In this document: positions 21,603-31,105 of the stretch, piece by piece
How the letters are laid out: each line of letters opens with the position of its first letter
Numbering within the stretch: position 1 is the stretch's first letter
From: Bacteroidota bacterium
Lineage (GTDB): Bacteria > Bacteroidota > Bacteroidia > AKYH767-A > OLB10
Assembly (NCBI GenBank): GCA_016713445.1
Contig: JADJPB010000012.1
Span: 90,836-154,835 of the forward strand
Length of the DNA stretch: 64,000 nucleotides
Direction of reading: 5' to 3'
The notes under the pieces: model-generated
The model's database searches: none
The model's input: the letters and a program-made list of their open reading frames with translations, nothing else
Told to the model about the DNA's origin: nothing
Position numbers and translations under genes: made by a program

Positions 21603-21652
21603 GAATTAAGAATGCAGTCGCGAGGCTTCGCGATCAGAATTCAGAATTAGAG
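21603..21652. repeat. REP-like palindromic unit (left arm of an inverted repeat)
   Basis: The core hairpin TCGCGAGGCTTCGCGA lies at 21618-21633, flanked by GAATT/CAGAATT stutter. The reverse complement matches 21941-22040. Confidence 0.8.
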
Positions 21653-21940
21653 CCAATTTGATATCTGGTTCTGAATTTTATAGCTTGTTTGTTTGATTTT
21701 CATTTTTGCTCATTTTATTTGAAAATTCTTAGTGATTTCTCTTCTGATAAACTCCTGTTTCACTATTGTTGTTTTATGAAGCTATAGGTGAGGAATTTTG
21801 GGTAATAGAGTGTTAAATCTTTAATTACTTCTTTTAATTGACAAAAAGAACATAGGTATTCATTTGAGAATTGGCAATTCTGTGTTTGTCAAGTATTAAC
21901 AAGTTTAGATAAGTATGTAAATTAGGATTTGACTCTCAGA

Positions 21941-22040
21941 AAATTCTGAATTCTGATCACGAAGCCTCGCGACTGAATTCTAAATTCTGAATTCTAAATT
22001 CTGATCGCGAAGCCTCGCGACTGAATTCTGAATTCAGAAC
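21941..22040. repeat. Two tandem 48-bp copies of the same REP-like unit, inverted relative to 21603-21652
   Basis: Cores TCACGAAGCCTCGCGA (21957-21972) and TCGCGAAGCCTCGCGA (22005-22020). Copy 2 shares 26 contiguous nt with the reverse complement of the left arm. Confidence 0.8.
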
Positions 22041-22127
22041 TTTCCATTTGGAATGAAATTTTTAAGGTGCCAATCAAATTTTATGCAAAATTGGGATAAA
22101 ATTCCAGTCTTTCGTACCTTCGCATGA

Positions 22128-24376
22128 ATGTCAGAGTCGAAGCAACCACTCCTAAAAGCCGATACCAGCGAAGAACCCATTGTACTTGATCCCGAAGCGG
22201 AAAAGAAAGAAATTCTGAAACGCTATCGTGCAATTTTGCGTGCGTGTAAATCAAATATGGATAAGGGTGATCGTAAGATGATCCGTAAAGCTTTTGATTT
22301 ATCACTTGAAGCGCATAAGGATATGCGTCGTAAAAGCGGCGAGCCTTATATTTTTCATCCGATTGCTGTAGCCATGATTATGGCAGAGGAAATTGGGCTG
22401 GGCGGAGTGTCAATCGTTTGTGCTTTGTTGCACGATGTGGTTGAAGATACTCAGTATACCTTGGAAGATATTGAGAAACTTTTTGATAAGAAGGTGGCGG
22501 GTATTGTCGATGGACTCACAAAAATTTCCGGAGTCTTCGATCATACTTCTTCGTTGCAAGCTGAGAATTTCAGGAAGATGTTACTCACATTGAGTGATGA
22601 TGTGCGCGTGATCTTAATTAAGATCGCAGATCGTTTGCATAATATGCGTACACTCGGTTCAATGCCGAAGGATAAACAGTTGAAGATCGCTTCTGAAACA
22701 GCTTATCTCTACGCACCATTGGCGCATCGTCTCGGACTATATTCCATAAAAACAGAATTAGATGATCTCTCTTTAAAATATACCGAACCTGAAGTTTTTA
22801 AATCCATTGCTCTTAAATTGCAAGAGAGTAAAAAGGAGAGAGAAAAATTTATTCTTGATTTCACGAAACCAATCAAGGCGGAACTTGATAAGGAAGGAAT
22901 TAAATACGAAATTAAAGGTCGACCAAAATCGATTAATTCGATTTGGACGAAAATGAAGAAACAAGAAGTGAGCTTTGAAGAAGTTTACGATCTGTTTGCT
23001 ATTCGAATTATTATTGATACTCCGTTGGAAAAGGAAAAATCGGATAGCTGGAAAGTGTATTCCATTGTGACTGATTATTTCACACCAAATCCAGATCGTC
23101 TTCGCGATTGGATCAGTACACCGAAAGCAAACGGATACGAAAGTTTGCATACCACAGTAATGAGCAAGGAAGGAAAATGGGTGGAAGTGCAGATTCGGAC
23201 TCGACGTATGGATGAGATTGCCGAAAAAGGGTATGCAGCTCACTGGAAGTACAAGGAGAAGTCTACAGAGAGTGCGTTGGATGAATGGATCTCTCGTATC
23301 CGTGAATTGCTCGAGAGTCCTGAGTCGAATGCATTGGATTTTATTGATGATTTCAAATTAAATTTATTTGCCGATGAAATTTTTGTCTTTACACCTAAAG
23401 GAGAAATTAAAACATTACCGGTAGGAAGTACCGCACTCGACTTTGCATTTGAAATTCATTCCGACATCGGCGAGAAATGCATCGGCGCAAAAATTAATCA
23501 TCGTCTTGTTCCTTTAAGTTATAAGTTGAATAGTGGTGATCAAATTGAAATTTTAACATCTTCAAAGCAACACCCCAAGGAAGATTGGTTAGCGAATGTA
23601 GTAACTGCCAAAGCCAAGTCAAAAATCAAAGCTTCCCTGAAAGAGGAGCGGAGAAAGATGGCGGAAGATGGAAAGGAAGTTTTCGAGAGGAAATTGAAGA
23701 GTTTGAAAATGCACAACAAACATTATAATGTAAATGAACTGTTGATTTTTACAAGGTATCAAACCTTACCGATTTTTATCATCGCATTGGAGTAGGTGCC
23801 ATCGACCTTAAGAATCTACGCGATTTCTTTGAGCGAAAGGAATCATCTACCATAAAATTACCCGAACAAACCGACAAACAGAAATTTGACGATTTAGTAA
23901 AAGGTATTCGTGGGAATAGCGATATGTTGGTGATTGGAGAAGGGATCGATAAAATAGATTATAAATTATCACCGTGTTGTAATCCGATTCCAGGCGATGA
24001 AGTATTTGGATTTATTACCATCAATGAAGGAATTAAAATTCATAGAACAAATTGTCCCAATGCCATTCAGCTAATGTCAAATTATGCTTATCGCATTGTG
24101 AAAGCACGTTGGTTCGGACAACAACAAATTGCATTTCTCGTTGGAATCAAGATTACCGGGATGGATGATCGTGGCGTAGTAAGTAATATTTCAAAAGTAA
24201 TTTCTTCTGAGTTAAATATTAATATGCGCTCGATTAATATCGAGAGTACCGATGGATTATTTGAAGGAACAATTATGCTTTTTGTGCACGATACCGAGCA
24301 CCTTAAAACATTAATGAAAAAATTGGCTAAGGTTCCTGGAATTTTAGCAGTTACACGTATTGATACAAAACAATGA
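22128..24376 (+). CDS. spoT: Bifunctional (p)ppGpp synthetase/hydrolase, RelA/SpoT homologue; one frame break
   Basis: An HD hydrolase motif (HDVVEDT), a synthetase domain, TGS and a C-terminal ACT domain are present. ORFs 22128-23795 and 23924-24376 join (..LLIFYKVSNLTDFYHRIGVGAIDL..) if T5 23746-23750 is T6. Confidence 0.85.
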
Positions 24377-24891
24377 GTAAATCAATCAAAATCGCTTCTT
24401 CTCAAGATGAAATTTTTGAGAAAGTGCAAAAAGTTTTTACCGATTATCTCGAACGTGAAGGATTACGTAAAACTCCGGAACGATTTACCATTCTGCGTGA
24501 AATTTATTCCATGGATGAGCATTTCGATATCGATTCGCTCTTCTTGCAAATGAAAGCTAAGAAATTTGTGGTGAGTCGTGCTACCTTATACAATACAATC
24601 GATCATCTTTTAGCTTGTGATTTAGTGACAAAACACCAGTTTGGAAAGAATCTTGCCCTCTTCGAAAAGTCTTATACCTACAAGCAACACGACCATCTTA
24701 TCTGCCTCGATTGTGATAAAGTTTTAGAGTTTTGCGATCCACGTATTCAACAAATTCAGACGATGATGGGGGATATCCTTGATTTTCAAGTCACTCATCA
24801 TAGTTTGAACCTTTTTGGAAAGTGTAGAAAGCTTTTAGAGAATAAGAATTGTGAGCATCAAACAAGGAAAAAACAGATAACTTTGACCTGA
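24373..24891 (+). CDS. fur: Fur-family metal-responsive transcriptional regulator
   Basis: 172 aa with a wHTH followed by HDHLICLDCDKVLEFCD metal-site motifs. The start overlaps the RelA/SpoT stop (ATGA). Confidence 0.8.
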   Translation: MSKSIKIASSQDEIFEKVQKVFTDYLEREGLRKTPERFTILREIYSMDEHFDIDSLFLQMKAKKFVVSRATLYNTIDHLLACDLVTKHQFGKNLALFEKSYTYKQHDHLICLDCDKVLEFCDPRIQQIQTMMGDILDFQVTHHSLNLFGKCRKLLENKNCEHQTRKKQITLT

Positions 24892-24909
24892 TTTTTAACA
24901 AAACAAAAT

Positions 24910-25257
24910 ATGGACTTCGAATATAAAATCACTGACAAAGAATCTTACTCGCTGATTAGCTTGAAAGGGAATCTGATTGAAAAGAATCAGGCGAATGAAT
25001 TGATGGATGATATCAATCAAATCTCTGAAAAAGATGGATCTAACTTCATTATTAATTTATCAGATTTTAAATACATGAACAGTACCGGGCTAAACGTATT
25101 GCTTGGAATCTTAGCGAAAGCGCGTAAATCGGGGGGCGAAGCCGTGATCTGCACCGTCCCTGAAAAAATTAAAACACTCTTGGTAATTACCAAGTTGATA
25201 AATGTGTTTTCTGTGGTCGACAATGAAGAGTTGGCCGTGAAAGCATTAAATAATTAA
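24910..25257 (+). CDS. STAS-domain protein (anti-sigma-factor antagonist-like)
   Basis: 115 aa. The motif DFKYMNSTGLNVLLGIL carries the conserved phosphorylatable Ser position. Confidence 0.75.
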   Translation: MDFEYKITDKESYSLISLKGNLIEKNQANELMDDINQISEKDGSNFIINLSDFKYMNSTGLNVLLGILAKARKSGGEAVICTVPEKIKTLLVITKLINVFSVVDNEELAVKALNN

Positions 25258-25315
25258 TATTTAGTAAATAGAGGTGTGCTTCATGTTGAAGTAATCACCT
25301 TTTATGATTAGTACT

Positions 25316-26596
25316 ATGAAAGCGGATGTATTGCTAGGCCTTCAATGGGGCGACGAGGGTAAAGGAAAAGTGGTGGATGTGCTCACTCCACGATATGATG
25401 TTATAGCAAGGTTTCAAGGTGGACCGAATGCAGGTCATACGTTGGAATTTGAGGGGATTAAACATGTATTGCATACCATTCCATCTGGAATATTTCATTC
25501 AACAAAAGCGAATGTGATCGGTAATGGTGTGGTAATAGATCCTGTTGTTTTTAAAAAGGAGATTGATGCATTGTTGAATTTAGGAGTGGATGTGAAGAAG
25601 AATTTATTCATCTCTCGTAAGGCTCATATAATACTGCCTACGCATCGTTTGTTGGATGCTGCATCAGAAGCGTCAAAAGGAAGTTTGAAAATTGGTTCTA
25701 CATTAAAAGGAATTGGTCCAACTTACATGGATAAAACCGGAAGAAATGGATTGCGCATTGGCGATCTAGAACACGACGATTTCAAAACATTGTATGCAAC
25801 GTTGGTCGCGAAGCATAAGGAATTGTTAGGTCATTATAATTACGAGTATAATTTAAGTGAGTTAGAGCCTGCATTTTTTGAAGGGGTGGAAGCGATCAAG
25901 CAATTAACGTTGATCGATAGTGAATATGTACTCAATAATTATTTGACAAATAACAAAGCCATCTTAGCAGAAGGCGCTCAAGGATCCTTGTTGGATATTG
26001 ATTTTGGTTCGTATCCTTTTGTTACATCTTCGCACACAGTAACCGCTGGAACTTGCATTGGACTCGGATTAGCTCCTGGAAAGATTGGTGAGGTGTATGG
26101 AATCTTTAAAGCATATTGTACGCGTGTGGGTAGTGGACCTTTTCCAACCGAATTGGAAGATGCAACGGGTGAAACTTTACGCAAGAACGGAAATGAATTT
26201 GGTTCTACCACAGGTCGTCCACGTCGTTGTGGATGGTTGGATTTACCAGCGTTGAAGTATGCCATCATGTTAAACGGTGTTACGCAATTGATCATGATGA
26301 AGTCGGATGTGTTGAGTGGATTTGATACGATTAAGGTTTGTACGCACTATATGTACAAGGGAAAGAAAATTGAACATGTACCGTATGATGTAGTCAACGA
26401 AAAGATTGATCCAATCTACGAAGAACTTCCAGGTTGGAAAGAAGACTTGATGAAAGTAAGCGACTTCGATCAACTACCTGCTGCCTTGATGCAATATGTA
26501 GATTATATTGAGCAAGCTACTGGACTTCCTATTACTATTATTTCGGTAGGTCCAGATCGTAAGCAAACGTTGATGCGCAAAGAAGTAGCATTTTAA
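25316..26596 (+). CDS. purA: Adenylosuccinate synthase
   Basis: The N-terminus is MKADVLLGLQWGDEGKGKVVD (P-loop). The motif GSTTGRPRRCGWLD and the overall length match PurA. Confidence 0.9.
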   Translation: MKADVLLGLQWGDEGKGKVVDVLTPRYDVIARFQGGPNAGHTLEFEGIKHVLHTIPSGIFHSTKANVIGNGVVIDPVVFKKEIDALLNLGVDVKKNLFISRKAHIILPTHRLLDAASEASKGSLKIGSTLKGIGPTYMDKTGRNGLRIGDLEHDDFKTLYATLVAKHKELLGHYNYEYNLSELEPAFFEGVEAIKQLTLIDSEYVLNNYLTNNKAILAEGAQGSLLDIDFGSYPFVTSSHTVTAGTCIGLGLAPGKIGEVYGIFKAYCTRVGSGPFPTELEDATGETLRKNGNEFGSTTGRPRRCGWLDLPALKYAIMLNGVTQLIMMKSDVLSGFDTIKVCTHYMYKGKKIEHVPYDVVNEKIDPIYEELPGWKEDLMKVSDFDQLPAALMQYVDYIEQATGLPITIISVGPDRKQTLMRKEVAF

Positions 26597-26713
26597 TGAT
26601 CGCAACGATTAAATGACGTTGATTGAAATTTCGTTTTGCTCGCCTGTGCTTTTATCAAAATAAGAGTTCAATAAAAAGATTAATCACCTGTATTGGATAT
26701 ATCTCCTTCAATC

Positions 26714-28271
26714 ATGAATAAAATTAGTTTGCTGCTTAGATGCTTTAGCGGGAAGCTACTTTTGCTTTTGTGCTTTTTCATGTTGATGGATCATTGCACT
26801 TTTGCTCAGCAATCAAAGCAAATTGAAATTATACAAGCAGGTAGCCTCGAAGGTGTAAAAATGAATGGTGTCGAGGTGCGTCGATTGGTGGGCGATGTTA
26901 TTTTCAAGCAAGAAAACACCTATATGTATTGCGACAGTGCTTTGTTTTACGAGAGTACCAATAGCATTGATGCTTATGGAACGATTCGTATTGAAGGTCC
27001 AAGCGCGAAATTGTATGGCGACTTTGTGCATTATGATGGGAATAGTAAGTATGCCGATATTTCTGGTAAGGAAGTTCGTATGACCGACGGTAAGATGGAT
27101 TTAACGACCACTGCAATGCAATACGACTTAGAAAACGATATTGGAAACTATCAAGTAGGTGGGAAGGTCGTTGATAAAGACAATGTACTCACTAGTCAAA
27201 AGGGATATTATTATTCGAAAGATCGAATGGTGTTTTTTAAGGATAATGTAGTGTTGACGAATCCAAAGTATAAAATGTATAGCGATACATTAAAATATCA
27301 TACCCCGAGCTCTACTACTTATTTCTTCGGACCTTCCAACATTTATAGTACAGGTACAGATAGCGCTCATATCTATTGTGAGAATGGGTGGTACAATACA
27401 AAAAACGGAGAAGTCTAGATTTAGCATAAATGCCTTTATTGAATCGAAAGAAAATAAATTGAGTGGAGATAGTATTTTATACGATCGTATTGAGAAAATA
27501 GGCATAGCGTATAATAATGTCCAACTTGTCGATACCAATCAAAAAGTAATCATAAGTGGTGATTATGCTTGGCTCAATGAAATAACTGGAATCTCATTCG
27601 TGACTGGAAATGGATTGCTCACAAAGGCTTTTGAAGTAGACTCACTCTATTTGCATGCCGATACGTTGTATGCTAAGCAAGACACGGCTACCGAGCAAAA
27701 AACGTATTTCGCCTACCATCATGTTCGCATTTTTAAAACCGATTTGCAAGGGCAATGCGATTCGTTAGTTTACAGTTCTGTTGATTCAACAATTTGGTTT
27801 TATACAAATCCAATTTTATGGAGCAACAATAATCAACTTACAGCCGATAAAATTTCGTTGCTGTTGGTGGGAAATGAAATCAAGCGAATGAATTTGTATT
27901 CGAATTCATTTATTGCAGGCTTCGAGGATTCTTTGCGTTTCAATCAAATTAAGGGGCGGGAAATGATTGGCTATTTTGTTGACAGTAAATTAAGCTCCAT
28001 CGATGTGACGGGGAATGGACAATCCATTTATTACATCCGCAACAAGAAGCAACAAATTACGGGCGTAAATCAAGCCGATTGTAGTAATATGCTTATTCGC
28101 ATCAAAGAAAATAAAGTAAGTAAAATTTCACTCATCAATAAAGCCGACGCCACCCTTTTTCCAGTCAAAGAAACCGATCCCGCTCAAATGCGACTAAAAG
28201 ATTTTAAGTGGAAAGGCCACTTACAACCACTAACAAGAGCCGATGTGTTTTTGTGGATTGGCGTGGAGTAA
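26714..28271 (+). CDS. OstA/LptA-like repeat protein (secreted); one frame break
   Basis: A signal peptide is followed by OstA-like beta-jellyroll repeats (IEIIQAGSLEG..VRRLVGDVIFKQENTYMYCDSA). ORFs 26693-27418 and 27378-28271 join at A6 27400-27405 (one too many). Confidence 0.6.
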
Positions 28272-28276
28272 AATTG

Positions 28277-28316
28277 AACGCGGATGACGCGGATAAATCG
28301 GATTTTCACGGATTTG
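28277..28316. repeat. 40-bp dispersed intergenic element, copy 1
   Basis: AACGCGGATGACGCGGATAAATCGGATTTTCACGGATTTG. It aligns without gaps at 33/40 identical positions with 63099-63138. Confidence 0.85.
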
Positions 28317-28455
28317 CTTAGTCGCGGATTTTTATAATTTCTAGATTAGTAAAATTAGACCGTTGCTGCCGTTGCTAAAACGTTGCGAACGCTGCGCCTT
28401 CCTGCTGCAGGCAGGTTTAAATTGGATTTTTAATAGTGTATTAAACATTAAAGCA

Positions 28456-28560
28456 ATCGAGCATCGAGTATCGAGTATCAAGTATCGAGTATCAAGTATC
28501 GAGTATCGAGTATCGAGTATCGAGTATCGAGCATCGAGCATCGAGTATCGAGCATCCAAC
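28456..28560. repeat. Heptanucleotide tandem repeat (ATCGAGT/ATCGAGC/ATCAAGT), about 15 copies
   Basis: Direct reading shows 15 consecutive 7-bp units. The array ends 8 nt before the stop of the convergent gene 28569-29294. Confidence 0.95.
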
Positions 28561-28568
28561 ATCTAGAA

Positions 28569-29294
28569 TCATCCTCCGCCAAAAACCTTCTTCAAAATTT
28601 CAGTTATTCTCGCTTGAGGATCTTTCCTAATTTTCAATTCTTCTCCCGCTACCATAATGAACAATCCTTCAATTGCTTTTTCAGTGACAAAATCATCTAA
28701 ATTGGGATTTACTTTTTTTACGAGCGGAACTTTATTGTAAGTGCTAAAAAGGGGATTCCAATACTTCGTGACATTTACTTTTTTCATTGATGCTGCAATA
28801 ATGGGTCTGAATTCTTTGACAAGTTGAGCCGTGGTTGCTTTGCGTAAATATTGGGTAGCTTCGTCGTCTCTTCCTTTTAAAATAGTGAGTCCATCGTTGA
28901 TGGTCATGGAGGTGATGGCGGCTAAAAAAATAGGTGCTGCTTTTTTAGCGGCATCTTCGGCAGCTCTGTTGAGTTGTTTTTCAAAAGCGGCGACTTGCTT
29001 TTTCATGCCCATTCTTTCGAGTGTGGTTTTCATGTCGCGTGCGTCACTGGGAAAAGGAATACGTATCAAATTGTTTTTGTAAAATCCATCTACCTGAGAA
29101 ACTTGAGAACTTGCATTTTTGGTACCTACATTTAACGCTTCTTGGAGTGCGGCTGTGATGTCAGCGTTGGAAAGACGATTTCCTAAATTACCATTTACAG
29201 CATTGTTTACCGTATTAAGAACATTGTTTACATTAATTTGGCTTTTGCAGGATACGCTCGAGATTACAAAAATGAGCAGGAGGATTTTCTTCAT
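28569..29294 (-). CDS. DUF4197-like secreted lipoprotein
   Basis: Lipoprotein signal MKKILLLIFVISSVSC. The remainder is ..ITAALQEALNVGTKNASSQVSQVDGFYKNNLIRIPFP.., typical of DUF4197. Confidence 0.55.
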   Translation of the reverse strand: MKKILLLIFVISSVSCKSQINVNNVLNTVNNAVNGNLGNRLSNADITAALQEALNVGTKNASSQVSQVDGFYKNNLIRIPFPSDARDMKTTLERMGMKKQVAAFEKQLNRAAEDAAKKAAPIFLAAITSMTINDGLTILKGRDDEATQYLRKATTAQLVKEFRPIIAASMKKVNVTKYWNPLFSTYNKVPLVKKVNPNLDDFVTEKAIEGLFIMVAGEELKIRKDPQARITEILKKVFGGG

Positions 29295-29517
29295 AAGTAT
29301 ATTTTTTTGTGTCGCCACGATTCAAATATACTGCCAATTGACTAATTAAAAAATTTGAAGTCATGTTCTCTTCATCATTTGAAATGAATGGGATGCTATT
29401 GTTCTGATGTATTATTTGTGTCACCTTTATAATGAACTACGCAGTATTGTACTAAATATTATCGGTAAGATGACTACATTGATTACTTTTGTTGGAAATA
29501 TTTTTAGTGATATAACA

Positions 29518-30775
29518 ATGTCTACAATACGAGCAGAAATAATAACAATCGGTGATGAAATTCTCATCGGACAAATAGTTGATACTAACTCAGCATGGAT
29601 GGGAAAGCAGCTGAGTGATATTGGAATTCAAGTGTATCAGATCACTTCCGTTTCCGATTCTCGTGATCATATTTTTAGCAGCATTGAAGGAAGCTTCTCT
29701 TCGTGCGAATGTTGTACTGATCACAGGTGGATTAGGACCAACTAAGGATGATGTAACTAAATTGACGTTGAGCGAATATTTTAATTCTCCAATGGTTTTT
29801 AATACGGATGTTTTTCAAGATGTAGAGCGCTTGTTTAAGATCAGAGGTCGTGAAGTTTCTGCTGTTAACAGAAAGCAGGCAGAAATTGTGGCGAATTGTA
29901 CTCCGCTGCGCAATGAAGTAGGCACGGCTCCGGGAATGTGGTTCGATGAGAATAATGTGATTTATGTGTCGATGCCCGGGGTTCCACATGAAATGAAACA
30001 TTTGATGTCGACGCATGTTCTTCCTCGACTCAAAACTCGATTTAAAGCCCCATTTATTTTGCATCGTTCTATTCTTACGCAAGGAATAGGAGAGAGCATG
30101 TTGGCTGAAATGATTGAAGAGTTTGAAGACAATTTACCGAAGCATATAAAACTGGCTTATTTGCCCGGTGCCGGAATGGTCCGTTTGCGTCTAAGTGCAA
30201 CCGGGGTTAATGAAGATGAAATCCGAGTGGAGATGGGTAGACTCGTTGCCGATTTGGATCAACGTGTTGCCGATTACCGTTTTGGTTTCGATGAAGAAAC
30301 CATCCAAGAAGTATTGGGAAGATTATTAGCAGAAAAAAAATTGACCATCGCCACGGCTGAAAGTTGTACGGGTGGTTATATCGCCCATCAACTTACCTCC
30401 GTGCCTGGGTCATCATCCTGGTACATGGGTTCAACTGTGACCTATTCTTACCAAAGCAAGACAGAAATTTTGGGAATCTCCGAATCTTTGATGTTGGAAC
30501 ATGGAGCGGTTAGTGAAGAAGTAGTGACCGCAATGGTTGAAAATGTAAAACGAATCATGAAAACGGATTGCGCGGTGGCTACTTCGGGCATCGCTGGTCC
30601 GGGTGGGGGATTGCCCGGTAAGCCCGTCGGAACCGTTTGGATTGGTGTCGCTTTGCCTGGAAAAGTATTTGCGAAGAAAGTTTTATTAGGCGATAATCGA
30701 CTAAGAACCATACAAGTAGCATCAGAAACCGCTTTGAATATGCTTCGAAAAGCAATTATTGCTTCTGACTTGTAA
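29518..30775 (+). CDS. cinA: CinA-family protein (MoCF-binding domain + nicotinamide-nucleotide amidohydrolase PncC domain); one frame break
   Basis: The N-terminus is [28 protein letters not shown]. The motifs ..[12 protein letters not shown].. and C-terminal ATAESCTGG are present. ORFs 29407-29745 and 29615-30775 join at T5 29672-29676 (one too many). Confidence 0.8.
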
Positions 30776-30799
30776 ACCTTAGAATTTTATGTATCTTTG
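30770..30799 (+). promoter_or_regulatory. Bacteroidota sigma-A type promoter of rpmB (-33 TTG / -7 TAtcTTTG)
   Basis: TTG lies at 30770-30772 and TATCTTTG at 30792-30799, with a 19-nt spacer, 20 nt upstream of the rpmB ATG. The -7 context GTATCTTTGCC is identical to that of rpmG. Confidence 0.5.
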
Positions 30800-30819
30800 C
30801 CCTCCCAATACGAATAGTC

Positions 30820-31053
30820 ATGTCAAAAATTTGCGATCTTACAGGAAAACATTCCATCTCAGGAAACAACGTTAGTCACTCGAATGCGAAAACGCGTCGT
30901 AAGTTCCACCCGAACTTGCACACAAAGCGTTTCTTTATGCCCGAGACAGGAGAGTGGATCACATTAAAAGTGAGTACATCTGCATTACGTACTATCGATA
31001 AAATCGGTATTACTGAAGCGATCACTCGTGCCATTGTAAAAGGCGGATTGTAA
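30820..31053 (+). CDS. rpmB: 50S ribosomal protein L28
   Basis: 77 aa, MSKICDLTGKHSISGNNVSHSNAKTRRKFHPNLH... Confidence 0.9.
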   Translation: MSKICDLTGKHSISGNNVSHSNAKTRRKFHPNLHTKRFFMPETGEWITLKVSTSALRTIDKIGITEAITRAIVKGGL

Positions 31054-31105
31054 AAAATCCCTCCAAGATACCTTCCGGTAAACTGTATCGTGCTAAATTT
31101 GAAGC

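Noticed and set aside
28404-28425. Shared motif GCTGC(G)AGGCAGGTTT with 32481-32497, and shared 12-mer GAATTGGCAATT at 21868 and 63054
   Set aside because: Exact matches of 12-15 nt are expected by chance several to hundreds of times in 64 kb on two strands. This is not enough to define an element without more copies.
28456-28560. Possible CRISPR array (also considered for 45696-45772 and 53127-53302)
   Set aside because: The units are 7-8 bp and directly abutting, with no spacers. No cas genes are present in the window.
28341-28566. ORFs 28341-28562 (-) and 28363-28566 (+) with repetitive YRVSSIE / LDTRYSI peptides
   Set aside because: They are translations of the 7-bp tandem array. A 7-nt period rotates through all frames. 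There is no start context or homology, and the ORFs overlap each other on opposite strands.
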